A stretch of 64,000 nt of DNA from Heteronotia binoei (GCF_032191835.1 NC_083231.1:38440001-38504000), one strand, 5' to 3'; shown: positions 1 to 12,864, counted from the first letter of the stretch. The notes: generated by a model not told the origin, from the sequence alone. Made by a program: numbers and translations.

Positions 1-1961
1 TTTATCACTCGTTCCTGCCCCACAAGGCCGCCGTGGCGGAACCGTTACACCGTTTGCTTGATAAACAGGCCCCGTGGGTCTGGGGGAAGCGCCAAGCCGC
101 GGCGTTCCAGGCAGTCAAGGACCTATTGGTCTCGAACGCGGTTTTGCACCACTATGATGAAACCCTGCCACTGATCCTGGCTTGCGACGCCTCCCCCTAC
201 GGGGTGGGAGCGGTCTTGGGGCACCAACTCCCAGATGGGAGGGAAGTGCCAGTAGCATACTATTCACGGACCCTATCCCCAGCGGAGCGGAACTACGCTC
301 AAATCGATAAGGAGGCCCTGGCGATCGTGGCGGGGGTGCACAAGTTCAACGACTACCTCTACGGTAGGCGTTTCACCATCGCCACTGACCACAAGCCGCT
401 CCTGGGCCTCCTAGCTTCAGACCGTCAGACCCCCCAAATCCTATCCCAGAGGGTCCTGAGGTGGAACCAGTTCCTGAACTCCTACACGTATGAACTGGTA
501 CACCGCCCGGGCAAAGCCATGGGACACGCCGATGCCCTCAGCCGCCTGCCGCTCCCCATAACAGAACCCGATCCCGCCCCCGCACACGGGGTAATGCTCA
601 TTGAATCTCTCCCTGAGCGCCCACTGCACGCGGCAGAGGTAGCCCGGGCGACAGGGAGGGACCGCATCCTGGCACGGGTCAGGGACTGGGTGGGGAGGGG
701 GTGGCCGGCAGGCAAGGTGGAAGAGGCGTTCAGACCGTTCGCGTCCAGGAAGGACGAGCTATCGACACACAAGGGGTGCGTGCTTTGGGGCAGCCGGGTG
801 GTGGTTCCCCCCCCCTTGCGCAAACAGGTACTGGAAGACCTCCACGAGACCCACCCGGGCATCGTGAGGATGAAAGCCCTAGCCCGTAGTTATGTGTGGT
901 GGCCGGGCATGGATGAGGAAATTGAGGGGTGGGTGAGGAGGTGCCAACCCTGCCAAGAATCCCGGCCCGATCCCCCATCAGCCCCGGTCCACAGATGGGA
1001 GTCTAACAGGCGGCCATGGTCCCGCCTCCACTTAGATTTTGCCGGCCCGTATCAGGGCCAGATCTTTTTTATACTGGTGGATGCCTACACAAAATGGTTG
1101 GAGGTGATCCCGGTAGCCTCAACCTCCACGGCGGCAGCCGTCCGAGCACTCAGGAAGGTCCTATGCACGCACGGGATCCCAGACACCCTGGTGACGGATA
1201 ACGGAACGGCCTTCACCTCCCGGGAATTCCGGGAGTTCACAGAGAGGTACCTCATACGACACATAAGGTCCGCACCATTCCATCCGGCAACCAACGGCCA
1301 GGCGGAGCGGATGGTGCGGACCACCAAGGAAGCACTGGGGAGAATAGTACAAGGGGATTGGGACCACCGCCTCTCAGCCTTCCTGTTCCACAACAGGATC
1401 ACCCCAAACCCTATAACGGGATCCAGCCCCGCGGAACTGCTCATGGGGAGGAAACTGATAACCCGTCTAGACAGGCTGCACCCAGACCGGGCCCCCGAGG
1501 TCCGCGGGTCCCCAGAGGTCCGGGAGGCAGTGCGGGGGTTCTTTCCGGGTGACCCTGTATACGCGAAGAACTTCGCAAGCGGCCCCGAATGGGTCGCGGG
1601 GAGAGTCCTTAGGGTGACAGGTTCCAGGTCATACGAGGTGACCACCGAGGGGGGCCAGGTACTAAGACGGCACATAGATCAGCTGCGCCGCCGCACCCTA
1701 CCCGAAGAAATAGAGGAGGCAGGGAATAGGGAACAGCTAGCAACAGAAGCGCCGGAGGGGGCCTCGCCAATACAGGAACTACCCACTTATGATGCCCCCA
1801 GAGACACCGAATCCGAGCCGGAGCCAGAAGCAGACCCCAGCTTCCCACAGCCAAGAGCAGCATCGCCCACACCAGAATCAGACCCAGCTCCAAGAGCGAC
1901 CCCGAGGAGATCGACACGGGAACGGAGAGCACCAGCATACCTCCGGGACTATGTGGTCTGA
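1..1961 (+). CDS. Ty3/Gypsy LTR retrotransposon pol, 3' part (RT thumb/RNase H, integrase); open upstream of the window edge
   Basis: Uninterrupted frame from position 3 to TGA at 1959-1961. RNase H motifs LACDASPYGVGAVL, YAQIDKEALA, TDHKPL, ADALSR; integrase HHCC zinc finger (HETHPG...WWPGM...CQPC); catalytic HLDFAGP / TDNG / NGQAERMV; tail RRSTRERRAPAYLRDY. The order RNase H then integrase is the Gypsy order. Confidence 0.96.
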   Translation, partial: YHSFLPHKAAVAEPLHRLLDKQAPWVWGKRQAAAFQAVKDLLVSNAVLHHYDETLPLILACDASPYGVGAVLGHQLPDGREVPVAYYSRTLSPAERNYAQIDKEALAIVAGVHKFNDYLYGRRFTIATDHKPLLGLLASDRQTPQILSQRVLRWNQFLNSYTYELVHRPGKAMGHADALSRLPLPITEPDPAPAHGVMLIESLPERPLHAAEVARATGRDRILARVRDWVGRGWPAGKVEEAFRPFASRKDELSTHKGCVLWGSRVVVPPPLRKQVLEDLHETHPGIVRMKALARSYVWWPGMDEEIEGWVRRCQPCQESRPDPPSAPVHRWESNRRPWSRLHLDFAGPYQGQIFFILVDAYTKWLEVIPVASTSTAAAVRALRKVLCTHGIPDTLVTDNGTAFTSREFREFTERYLIRHIRSAPFHPATNGQAERMVRTTKEALGRIVQGDWDHRLSAFLFHNRITPNPITGSSPAELLMGRKLITRLDRLHPDRAPEVRGSPEVREAVRGFFPGDPVYAKNFASGPEWVAGRVLRVTGSRSYEVTTEGGQVLRRHIDQLRRRTLPEEIEEAGNREQLATEAPEGASPIQELPTYDAPRDTESEPEPEADPSFPQPRAASPTPESDPAPRATPRRSTRERRAPAYLRDYVV

Positions 1962-2224
1962 ACTAGGGGGGGAGGAGTGTAGAGTATCGGACTCTACACA
2001 CGCGCCGCGCGTCCTCGGGCTACCAGGCGCAGCGCGGGGAAAGTCACGGCCAATCAATGTCAAGCGCGGGAAGTTTAACTGGCCAGGATTGGGCTGGCCA
2101 GCAGGGGGTTGTTCCGGGGTGTTTATATATATTGGCGGACCCGGCCGCGTGTTCCCCAGTTCCGTAATGTACTAGCCAATAAAGCCTGAAGCCTTCACCA
2201 CGTCTCGTCTCCCAGTACATTACA
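1962..2224 (+). mobile_element. Gypsy polypurine tract (1962-1977) and 3' LTR (1978-2224, TGTA...TACA)
   Basis: ACTAGGGGGGGAGGAG directly after the pol stop, then TGTAGAG...CATTACA. Contains CCAAT, a TATATATA box at ~2124-2131 and AATAAA at 2178-2183. Confidence 0.9.
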
Positions 2225-2288
2225 CTTTCCCTTTAAAAAAAAAAAAATTCGGGTCAAGAGCCTCAAAGGGCTCTAAAGCACATCCTGC

Positions 2289-2371
2289 TTCGATTGCAGG
2301 GCTAAACAAACTGACTTCTGAGGATCAAGCACCTCCCCTTCGGGTCAAGTTTGTTAAGCCCTGCAATCGAA
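2289..2371. repeat. Short imperfect hairpin (remnant of a TIR element into which the Gypsy inserted)
   Basis: TTCGATTGCAGGGCTAAACAAACTGAC (2289-2315) is nearly the reverse complement of GTCAAGTTTGTTAAGCCCTGCAATCGAA (2344-2371). Confidence 0.6.
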
Positions 2372-3338
2372 AGGGAGGAGCTATGATCCCAAGAGTGAGG
2401 ACTGGCCCACTCCTGGGACCACTGGAGAAAGAGCTTTAGCAACACAGAGCAGAAGAATGCTGGCATGTATCATACCACTATACCAAGCAAAGTTTGAAGG
2501 CTTCATCTAGTGTAAAGAAGGCTTCCTCCAACTTATGTGGCTCTTCTGTTGAAGGAAGAACACCTTAAATTGCTGTAAGTCTTCTTAGAACTTCTTCCAG
2601 CCTGAGGCAGGACACATACCACTGTCTTTAAATATAGATGTCAACTGACATTAGTTTGTATAATCCTCTAAAAATCATGTCAGTTACTGACTACTGCAAT
2701 ATCTTCTGGCAGTTAATGCCATAAGTTGTATATATGAAAAGGCACCTCATTTGTACATGACATGGAACATAGTGAGAGCTGTACAATTTTTAAAAAGGAT
2801 TTTGGAAAGAAAGGGAAGGGGGTAAGAAGCAATGGTTTACAACTAAAGAACACAATCCAAGAGTTAACTATTTGTTAAACTAATTGATTTAACTCTGAAT
2901 GCCATCCTAAGGTTATTTACTTCAATGACCTTATTAAGGCTATAACTCCATTTAGATGGTACTGTCTGTGTTTGATTGTGGTCTAGAGATGTAGCATATT
3001 ACCAACTAAATTCTAAAAATAGTTTTACAGATTGCTTAGGACCTGCTTAGGAAAGTATCTCTTAGAGGTTAAAAAGTTGGCAAAACTATCTGGGATATAG
3101 ACAGAATGTAAGAAGTCTGCCTTACATTAGGAGGTCAAGAAAACAACTCACTTATTTGTTTTCCAAATCTAAGACACGATTAACAGATATATTCATCAAG
3201 TTATAACATCACATGCATTTGAATGTGTCAGGGTTCAAGAAACACAGACACACATGTTCAGTCATATCAGAGAGAATATTTTTCAATGGAGGCAACACTT
3301 TTCACAACTCATCAGCAAGTAAGCAAGTTCAGTAATTA

Positions 3339-5644
3339 ACAACGCAATCCTAAGGGGTGAAAGTATGAAAGTGCTTTGGGAGCAAACTAACCGCTACGTC
3401 GGTGGAAGTCCAAGTTGCAGCACTCTAACCCCCTCCACGCCTGTGCAAATGGGAGTTGCACCGGTCTTCGGGCGCCTCAGTGTACACTTGCCCATGGCTG
3501 CTGGTGGAACGGCGCCCTGCTGTGCCTGAAGCACAACTGGGGCGGAGCCATGCCAGTGCAGGAGGGGGCGGCCCCAGGGGCGTGGCCAGCATTAATTGGA
3601 TTCCAAAGACCTTCCAGTCTGGGACTGCCCCCTGCAAGAGGTGTAAATTTACGACAATGAAAATGCTGGTGTATCCCATAGACACTCGTTGAAAAAGAAA
3701 ACAAAGTCCGCTGCTGCCACACAAGCTTGCAAACCCCTTAGGGATCCATGTAATTGCCTCACCAATCCCCTCACATCCCGGGCCAGGTGAGCCCCCTCCC
3801 CAACACCCAATCACCACTCCCTGTCTTCTAGAAAAGCTTCTGCCCCAGCCTCGCACAGCTCTTCAGGTAGGGTAGGTCGCGCAGCATGGGACTCTACCAC
3901 ACAGCTTTCTGCCATGTGGACTTAACGTGTGGGTCAAAGCACTTGGGTAGTGGAGAAGCACTTGGGCACAGAGAAGGCACATAGACAGTACAGTGTGAGC
4001 TCTTTGACCTGTGAGGAGAAGAACAAACTTTCTACTCCGTTGCTAACCTCTCCTGTTTTCAAGCTCCAACAGGTATCCAGCCTCCGGAGGCTCACTGTGC
4101 AAGGGTGTTCACACATGAATGGGAAAGTGCGAATATGCACCCTCAAGTTCCCCCTCTCCCCTCACTTGACAGCATCTCTGGCACTAGAACCTGGCAGTGA
4201 GCTCAGGCATGGGGTGGTTGCCACAGCCCCCACATGCTGCTGGAGGGGCCTCCCTCGGTCTGTTCTTTGCCTCATTCCCATCAAAGGAAGTGCACAGGGG
4301 GGCGGGGTCTGGCAGCTGCTCCATTGCCTGTGGGGAGGCAGGTCAGTGACTGTCCCTTTAAGCAAGTCCCTGGCTAAGACACAGCCCCATGCTGCAGCTG
4401 CCGTGGCTGAGGAATCACAACAAGCCAGGAATGCTTTAACCCAGAACAGGTGGGTGTGCATTGGCTGGTGCCATCATGTGCTGTGGTTTGTTTTTTTTAT
4501 CCACACCTTTGCTGCCTCTGTCAGGATGGGATCTCCCTGGCTGCAAGTGGCATGGCACTGCTTCTCGAGCGCAAAGGGTCTCTATCTCTGTTTTGCAGGT
4601 TGGAATTCAACAGAGAGGCTTCTGTTTGTGGTGATTCAAACCTTCCCCCGCCCCCCCCCCACTCTACTCAGCCAGCTGTTCCTGCCCCCTCTCACCTGGG
4701 ATGCTATTCCACTTGGTTCCGGCACAATAAAACCTTAGATGTGCACCTACTTTGTCTCTCCTGCTTGTGTTTTGCTCCTCTCTGCCCCGCTCCCTCCCAC
4801 CCCCTCTGCCCCTCTGTCAATGGGCTCCCAGAGGGAACGTCTTGGAGCTCACTTGTTTCTTGGGGGGAGGGTGGGGAGAAGACTATGAGCTGCTTTGCCG
4901 CTGCTGCAAAGCTGGACATGGGAGGGGGGGGGGTCTTCACCCCATGCATCCCATGGAAGGGAGGATGGCCTTGTGCCAGGTGCCACCCAACAGCCTGCCC
5001 AACCCCACAGGGCTGTTGTGCTCATAGCACAACCTGGGGGGGCTAATGGAGTGGATGCATGGCCAGCACCTCACACTCAGAGTTCTGCAGCCCCTGGGGG
5101 AGGAGTTCCATGCACACAGCAGGGGCTGCCAGGGTGATACAGGGGGTCTCTGAGTCCGTGTTGGGGGGAGGTTGCCTGTTGGACTTAGTGGCATGCTGGG
5201 ACTCTTGTCTGCTTATTCCCATACACACATTCTGTCTGTTGTCTTTGGAAGTGGACTCATGCACTTTGTGCTTCCTGTTTGTTTGTGTCTAGCCAAGGGG
5301 CACATGCCTCTGGCCATTGGCACGAGTCTCTAACAGAGGGTGGGTGCAAGGGGGTTGACAGCCTCTCAGGCGCTGGCTTTCCACCTCCCCTGTCACATGC
5401 AATGGACTGGCCAATTCTCTGGTCCTGCACTGCTCCTTCCCTCCCCCCACCCCTACCTCAGCAGTGAGACAATAGCGCACGGGATCACCATGGCGACAGC
5501 TTCTCTCTTGTGCCCGCTTATTCAGCTGCACTCCCTTTCCCTCTCTGCTTGGCGTAACTTCTCCCCTTTTGAAGCTGACTAACGCTACCTATGTTAGTTC
5601 TACTCTCGGGCAGAACTCTGCGGCAGAACTCAGGATTGGGCTGC
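3339..5644 (+). mobile_element. ~2.3-kb non-autonomous interspersed element, copy 1 (short TIRs CAGC[G/C]CAATCCT ... AGGATTGGGCTG)
   Basis: Colinear along its whole length with 23939-26135; termini are short inverted repeats; no transposase or RT motifs in any frame. Confidence 0.75.
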
Positions 5645-6350
5645 CCGTGATGAGAAGATATTAAACAATATTAAAGCATGTGCGAACCATCTTAAAGTAT
5701 TTGCAATTTTGCTTGCAGTTTAGCATGCAGTACTATGGAGATGGAGATACTTCATATTCTTTCCCTTTACAGTTCATCTCACATCACAAACACTACTTCC
5801 CTGAGACAGAATTACTAGCAACTGTAATGGCAAAACAGTGACACAAGTTTGTTATGGGCAGAAATATTCTAAAAGTCAGGCTATAAATCCCATAGAAGAA
5901 GCACGAGAGCAATTGCTATCTGACACAATGTCTGGCTTTCAGAGAGTGCTTATGCTCTCAGCACCATGTCAAATCCCATATCTATTTACAACCACTAAAT
6001 TTTAGGGTATCAGTTGTTTCACTAAGTGATCTTCCCTGAGGACAGTAGGCATATGAAGCTACTAAATATAAGTGTTTATAAAACTCAGTGCAAAGAAAAC
6101 TATGCCTGCCAACTAAAGAACAGACAAAAAACATATGCAAGTAATTAACTGTTTCATTCTGGTAACTGAGCAGAGTTGCCAGCTCCAGGATGGGAAATTC
6201 TGGGAATGGATCCTGGGGAAGCAGGTTTTGAAGTGAGGAGGGACCTCAGCAAGGTAATAGAGCCAGCCCTCCAAAACACTCATTTCCCCCAGGGGAATGG
6301 ATCTCTGGGGTCTGAAAATGTTGTAGTTCTGAGCTTTAACTTGAAGTTGG

Positions 6351-6595
6351 AAGAGGAGGAGAATAGATTGGATTTATACCCCACCATTCACTCGGAGGCT
6401 CAGAGTGGCTTACAATATCCTTTCCCTTCTCCTCCCCACAACAGACACCCTGTGAGGTGGACAGGGCTGAGAGAACAGCTCTGCTGACAACCTGTGGCTG
6501 ACCCAAGGTCACATCAGCAGCTGTATGTGGAATAGTGGGGAATCAGACATGTTTTTTCCAGATTAGAGTCCATGTACTTAACCACTACACCAAAG
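6351..6595 (-). mobile_element. Sauria-type SINE
   Basis: Reverse-complement homolog of 13381-13660 (ACTTAACCACTACACCAAA head, GATTTATACCCCACC tail). Confidence 0.8.
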
Positions 6596-6844
6596 TGTGC
6601 TGTGGAGAAATCAAATGCAGAATCATATGTGGAGGATGGTATCCATTGAGACTGGTGGGGTGGAGGGCAGGGCTGTCAAAAAGGCCCTTTCTTACACACC
6701 CAGGGAAATGCTGATTGCCACTTTGGGGTCGGTCAGCAATTTTTCTCCAGGCCAGATTGGCAATGGATCCTGGAGGTTTTTTGACATCTTCTGGGCATGG
6801 AAAAGGGGGCACTAGGAATGTATGTGTGTGTATGTGTGGCAGGT

Positions 6845-6932
6845 ATTTGTGAAGTTCCTGCATTGTGCAGGGGGTTGGACTAGAAGACTCTGGAGGTCCC
6901 GTCCAACTTTATGATTCTATTATTCTGATTCT
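6845..6932 (+). mobile_element. CR1 LINE 3' end fragment
   Basis: GGGTTGGACTAGAAGAC...GGTCCC.TCCAAC followed by an ATTCT-type tail, the CR1 3' terminus; a second copy lies at ~10225-10310. Confidence 0.7.
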
Positions 6933-7418
6933 AGTAGCAAAGCCAGAGTCAACAGTAGATGATGACAGTTAATTCTGGTTCTGTCCTCATCCTCACTACA
7001 CTGCAGAACACAAAAATTGCACTCAGTAGACAATCCAGAAATGTTTCTTTAATTGTACAGAAGGGGAGCACTGATTCCTATGCAGGAGCTGGCTTAATGA
7101 AGTCTCTAATTTTGCAACTGTGTTTGCAATTACAGTAGGCATACCCAATGCAGGAGAGAAATCTTGTCATGTGCCCCCCCTCCTAAAATTCACAACTCTG
7201 TTCCAAAAACTAAGAATGATGAAACAAGGAAGGATACTCCCCATCAAACCCTAGCTAAATAACTCATTTTTGATGCTGTGAAGTAACACAAAGCAAGGTG
7301 GCCTATAGCCACCTATAGAAGCCAAATGTATCCCTTTGCTACTATATCATTAACTACACACAAACAGCTCAAACCAGATTAAGTGTTGCTGGTTTCAGAA
7401 GACTTTCAGGAGTCTCAC

Positions 7419-7510
7419 CTCTCTTTTCAGGTGGTAACTTAAAAACTCTGGTGACAAAACAATTGAGAACACATACAAAGTGCCTTTACTGTGCCAATAA
7501 GCATGCACTC
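7419..7510 (-). CDS. Candidate internal exon of unidentified minus-strand gene (GVHAYWHSKGTLYVFSIVLSPEFLSYHLKRE)
   Basis: Acceptor ttttctaaccatgcatag, donor GAG|gtgaga, 92 nt open (phase 1 to 0). No homolog recognised. Confidence 0.35.
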
Positions 7511-7639
7511 CTATGCATGGTTAGAAAATATTTCCTTCCATATTCAGTAGAATTCAATCGCAAGCAAACATGCATAGAACTTGGTTTTCTTAATAGGCAA
7601 GGAAGTTTACATTGGGAAGGGAAATAATATATACACAAG

Positions 7640-7866
7640 TAGAGATTTTGCACAAGGCTTGTTCCAGGTGGAGAGCCCTTTTGCTCCCAGGGTTTTTCTC
7701 TGTTTTCGCACAAGTTGCCCCTGGTGCGGCACTATTCTGCAGCAAGCAGGATCCTCTTCCAAGCGATTTCTCGCAGCTCTGGGACAATTTGTGCTAAAAC
7801 AGAGATAAGCTCCGGGATCAAAAGGGCTCTCCACTCGGAACAAGCCCTAATGCGAAATTGGTCTAG
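7640..7866. mobile_element. Palindromic MITE (degenerate)
   Basis: Arms GGCTTGTTCCAGGTGGAGAGCCCTTTTG / CAAAAGGGCTCTCCACTCGGAACAAGCC; similar architecture to 9891-10157 and 35294-35580. Confidence 0.65.
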
Positions 7867-9890
7867 GTTTAACTACTAACAGATAAATCCTAAAGACAGT
7901 CATACTTTTTAAGGCAGGATTGCCAAGTCCAAGAAATATCTGGGGACTTTGGGTGTGCAACTAGGAGTCTTTAGGGTGGAGCCAGGATCAAAGTTGCGAC
8001 AAGCATGACTGAACGCCGAAGGAAGTTCTGGCTACCACATTTAAAGGGACCACACTCCTTTTAAATGTCTTCCCTTAATTGGAGATAATGGAGGATAGGG
8101 ATACTTTCTTTGGGGGCTCATAGAATGAGACCCCCTGGTCTAATCTTTTTGAAACTGGGGGAGGGGTGTGCTTTGAGGACAGGCACCAGACACTATGCTG
8201 AAAATCTGGTCCATTGAAGTCAATGGGTTTAGAAGGGTTTGGTCTACAAGTTAGTGAAGAAACCACCTTCCTCAGCCCTTCTGCTTCAACTTCAGAACCA
8301 GGAAAAAGGCTGGAGCACAAGATATTCTCCTTTGTACTAACAGGAAAACATTGATTCTAAAGCAGAAACAATCCATTGTGAGTCACGGTCACAGCCTGCA
8401 TGTGAATCCTTTCAGATTTTCCCCACTCACTCAGAGAAAAATGGCTGCCTTCTTGTTAGAAGGGAAAGGGTAAAACATCCTGAGTGCTATGGCATATATT
8501 AAAGGAACCATCAACTCTATTCTATTGTATAGGCCTGATTCTGATTAGGAGTCTCATAGGGTTGCCAGGTGGGGCTTGGGGATCTCCTGTTTTTACAACT
8601 GATCTCCAGCTAGCATAGATCAGCTTCCCTGGAGAAAATGGATGCTTTGAAGGGGGGATTTCATGGTTTTATACCATGCTGTGGCCCTTCCCCTCCCCAA
8701 CCCCACCCTCCTCTGTCCATCCCCAAAGTCTCCAGGTATTTTCCAACACAGACTTGGCAACCCTTTCTGGAGAGGAGAATGGAGGCTTTAGAGAGGCATG
8801 ATATTACTTCATTGGAACTTATGTAGCTATAAGATTTCTGTATCAAAGAAAGCCCCAAAGTTAATATTTGCTTCCTTCTCTTTCCTACCTTAGAAAAAAG
8901 AAAGATTGACAGACTAGGACAATGGATTCGTGTTGAGCTATTGACCAATTAGGGACAGAGAGAAGCATAAGGTGGGTTCCCTGCCCAATTAACTAATGCA
9001 CTGCTGTAGATGGGCCTAATTTAAAAGTGAGAGAAAGGGAGCACTGCCTCTGCAGGGAGTCTTTTGCTTGCAGTGCCCAGGTGAAGAAAGGACTGAGACT
9101 GACTCAGCTAAAAGCCTTCCTCCCTGCAAATGTCTAGTGAGGGCAACAGAGAAGGAGAACAGGAGCATCCTGAATTGCTGGGGCACTACTAATTTACCTT
9201 CCTCCACTGGTATACACATAACTATTGTCATCAACTGCTATACACATAACTGTTGACATTTCTCTCTACCCCCTACCTTTTAGCTCTGTGACAAGTTATT
9301 TTCTACCACTCACACAGAAAACGCAGGATGGGTCCATTTATAACAATGACAGTGGAAAGATGTGCAGGATTGAAGGTGCACCCACCTTCATCCTATTTTG
9401 GCTCACAAAAAAAGGGGAGGGAGCCTCCTCAGAGGAATTCAAGACCCACCCAACCATATAAATGCTTCAAGACTCCTCTTCAATTAATCAAGGAGCATTT
9501 TGACTCAAAGCCTCTAAGTACCTACACAGCTTCTAATAAAGAAGGCCAGCCCCACTTTAGCATTTTACCTATGAGGTTCTCCTCATATGACTCAAGAACT
9601 GGACAGTTATAGCATTTTCTGATAAAGTAGCCATGACTGCCTGTAATCCACCTCTTTTTTTGCTCCAAATCTTCCCTTCCTTATTGCAGAAATTCCCTGT
9701 GCCAATCAAATAGCTTCTTTCTGAGCTCAGCTGACTTCTCCCCAGTCAGCATGGGGTAGTGGTCTGGATACCCACTATCCCATGGAATTTTTTCAGGTGA
9801 CTTTGTGCCAGTCACTTTCATCCTAACCCACCTCACAGGGTTGTTTTTATGATATGGTGGAGTAGGAGGAAATTGTCATAAGCTACTTTG

Positions 9891-10157
9891 AGACCGATTT
9901 CCCACTCACCTTACGCCACTCTCACATTCCTCTTCTCAGCGGGGCTTCCTTCCGATTTCACACTGTCTGCCCCGGGGCTGCAGCTAGCATCAGCATTTAC
10001 ACACAGCAAACAGAAACTGGTTTTTAGCGGTTTCTGTTTGCTGCATGAAAAAGTCGACACTAGCTGCAGCCCCGGGGCAGACAGTGTGAAATCGGAAGGA
10101 AGCCCCGCTGAGAAGAGGAATGTGAGAGCAGTGTAAGGTGAGTGGGAAAGTGGTCTG
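9891..10157. mobile_element. Palindromic MITE
   Basis: AGACCGATTTCCCACTCACCTTAC ... GTAAGGTGAGTGGGAAAGTGGTCT; the whole element is a long imperfect inverted repeat. Confidence 0.8.
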
Positions 10158-11416
10158 AGTCTCCATTGGGGAGAAAAGCAGGGTATAGACCTTTAAACAG
10201 CAATGAAGATCCTGTGAATTTAGGGGGAGGTGTTTGTGAGTTTCCTGCATTGTGCATGGGGTTGGACTAGATGACCCTAGAGGTCCCTTCCAACTGTATG
10301 ATTACGTATATGAAACTTTTCCTACTGAAATATCTGTGTCCTATTTATTTCCAGTTATAACAGATACTAGACTCTTTCCCTAAACCATACTCTGTGCTCT
10401 GCTCTGCCTACTTGTTCTCATGTATTCTGAGTTTGTTTCCTTTGCATTGCTCGGTGGCAGTTTTCAGTTGACTTCTGCACACCTACACCTCTGATTTAGC
10501 ACCTGAATTTACTTGGATTTTGTCATCTGACCCTGGCAACCACTCTTCTGGTCTATTTGTATAATCATGGAAGTACATTTTGGATTTCTAACTGACCAGA
10601 ATCTCAGGATCCTCACTAGAAAGGATATCTGCTCTGGATCTGCACTGTTACGTTACAAGTAGCATTGCCAGGCCTGTGTTGGAAAATACCTGTAGATTTT
10701 GAAGGTGGGTCTGGGAGAGGTTTGAGGAGGGGAGGGGTCTCAGCATGGTACAATGCCATAGCGGCCATTATCTCTGGGGAAGCTGATCTCTGCCAAGCTG
10801 GAGATCAGACATAAAAGTAGGAGATCTGTAGGCCTCACTTTGAGTCTGGCAACTCTAGCTGTTCCTCTCTGCTGCCTTCATCTACTCCTCCTTCTTGAAT
10901 GATTGCATGTTGCAAGTGTGGGGGGCATTTATAATAACTGCATTTCATTGTGGGCATTCTAGTATCTGCTGCTATCTTTACATGTAAACACAGTATTCCC
11001 TGTAAGAAGAGCATTCTCTTTCAGTATAACTAGGTCTCAGTGCTCTTTTCAAGTTTGCTTAGGAGGACCCTCTTCATTTGTCAAAAAAGGATCCCCACAG
11101 CAAGTGCCAAGAGTTCTTCAGAAAAAATGCCATTGAGCATTAGAGCTTTGCTCTAAGGTACTCTATATTCTTTATTGGAAGCAGCCTGGATTTTAGACAC
11201 CTGGCCCAGTAACCTGGGCATATAGTTTTCCTAAAGTTCTGGCCTCATCACCTAACATGGTGCCTGAGAAACTACATTACTTGGGGTCTCTGATGCCTGA
11301 GACAGTATCTATGCCCTAATATGTATGGGAAGGGATGAGAATTGCAAAGGGAGATATTCAAACCCAGTAATGTCAACAAGAGTGCAACAGCATTCATATT
11401 GAAGCATTGATCTTAC

Positions 11417-11512
11417 AACTGAATTCTTTTCAGCTTTAGGGAAGAAATGGTGTTTTGCCAAGCCCAATTGCAAATCAGACAAATGAAGATATTGTCCACC
11501 ATCAACAACAAT
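11417..11512 (-). CDS. Candidate internal exon (IVVDGGQYLHLSDLQLGLAKHHFFPKAEKNSV)
   Basis: 96 nt open, phase 0/0, acceptor ttactatag, donor GTT|gtaaga. Confidence 0.4.
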
Positions 11513-11734
11513 CTATAGTAATAATTTTCTTATCGCCATGGCCAACCCATTGGCTGACTTCTCTGCTCTGTCTACCCAGGCCCTGCCTACTCAGGCCCCG
11601 GCCAAAAGCAGTCTTATCTCAGAGACAGCCACATTTCTTAGCTCTTCTCTGTCAACTGGCTTCAAAAAGGGCTGCAGAGCGCCTGCGGCCTCACAAAAGG
11701 CCCTATCAACAGCCCACACAGACAGCCTCCCAGC

Positions 11735-12557
11735 TAGGGTTGCCAAGTCCAATTTAAGAAATATCTGGGGACTTTGGGGGTGGAGCCAGGAGACTTTGGG
11801 GGTGGAGCCAGGAGACACTGGGGGCGGAGCCAGGAACAAGGGTGCGACAAGCATAATTGAACTCCAAAAGAGTTCTGGCCATCACATTTAAAGGGACAGC
11901 ACACCTTTTTAAATGTCTTCCTTCCATAGGAAATAATGAAGGATAGGGGCACCTTCTTTTGGGGCTCATAGAATTGGACCCCCTGGTCCAATTGTTTTGA
12001 AACTTGGGGGGGTACTTGGGGAGAGGCACTAGATACTATATTGAAAATTTGGTGCCTCTACCTCAAAACACAGCTCCCCCAGAGCCCCTGAAACCTCCAG
12101 AACAATTCCCCATTATACCTTATGAGAATCGATCACATAGGGAATAATGAAGACATTTCCCTCTCTCCCCCCTCCCCCTTTCTGGTGAGTCTGAAGCAGC
12201 GGATCGGCCTCTCTACTCAGCAGTTGCTGCCAGCTTCTTCACAGAAACACCATCCTAAATTGAAGCCTTTCAAGTCAAGCCTCCGGAGGTGCAAAGGCAC
12301 ATGGTCCTTTGCGGGCGGGGCTCCCTCCCCCCCCCCGCCAGCCAGCTGATTGGGGGCGGGAAGCAACCTGGGAAAACTGAAGAAAGGCTGCTGCGATCGG
12401 GGCTGGGTGGGAAGGGAAGGGCAAGGAGAAGCTGCTGGGATCGGGGCTGGGTAGGAAGGGCCGCCATTCCCCCCCCGCTTTCCAGATTTTTGGCGAGCGG
12501 GGGAAGAAGGCTCCAAATCGGGGGTCCCCCGGCTAGACGGGGAATTTGGGAAGCCTA
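11735..12557 (+). mobile_element. hAT-like non-autonomous element (TAGGGTTGCC...AAGCCTA family)
   Basis: 8-bp TSD CTCCCAGC (11727-11734) / TTCCCAGC (12558-12565); homologous to 54772-55447. Partial copies at ~7915-8230, 8560-8765, 27075-27445, 36830-37050, 37260-37440, 56698-57060, 63103-63420. Confidence 0.85.
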
Positions 12558-12864
12558 TTCCCAGCACACACAGTCTCAGAAGGCCACTGCAATCCTGGCT
12601 CTACCTCAGAGGGCATGGCTGTCCCACATTTACTGTCTTTCATTCCCTCTCTCCCTCCTCCCTTCAGCCTTGCCCCAAGATGGTTGCCTGAACAGATAGA
12701 GAAGCCTCACAGGGTGGTTGTTCAGATCAAAGGGAGGAGAGAATGGAGAATGATATCAGCTGCTTTGGTCCTCCCTCCCACACACACACTGTGAAGAAAG
12801 ACTGTCCTTTGCCTTAGGAGTTACAGGGTTGGCAACTGCAGGTTAGGAACTTCCAGATGTCAGA

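Noticed and set aside
441-1938. Antisense and alternative-frame ORFs within the Gypsy pol
   Set aside because: Expected by-product of a GC-rich intact ORF; no motifs.
3929-4738. 269-aa ORF and the many overlapping 80-200-aa ORFs at 3.4-5.6 kb and 24-26 kb
   Set aside because: They lie in a GC-rich repeat; the second copy does not preserve the frames; no domain motifs.
9569-9640. Possible minus-strand exon (SHGYFIRKCYNCPVLESYEENLI)
   Set aside because: Donor is plausible, but the acceptor lacks a pyrimidine tract and its phase does not fit the 11417 exon.
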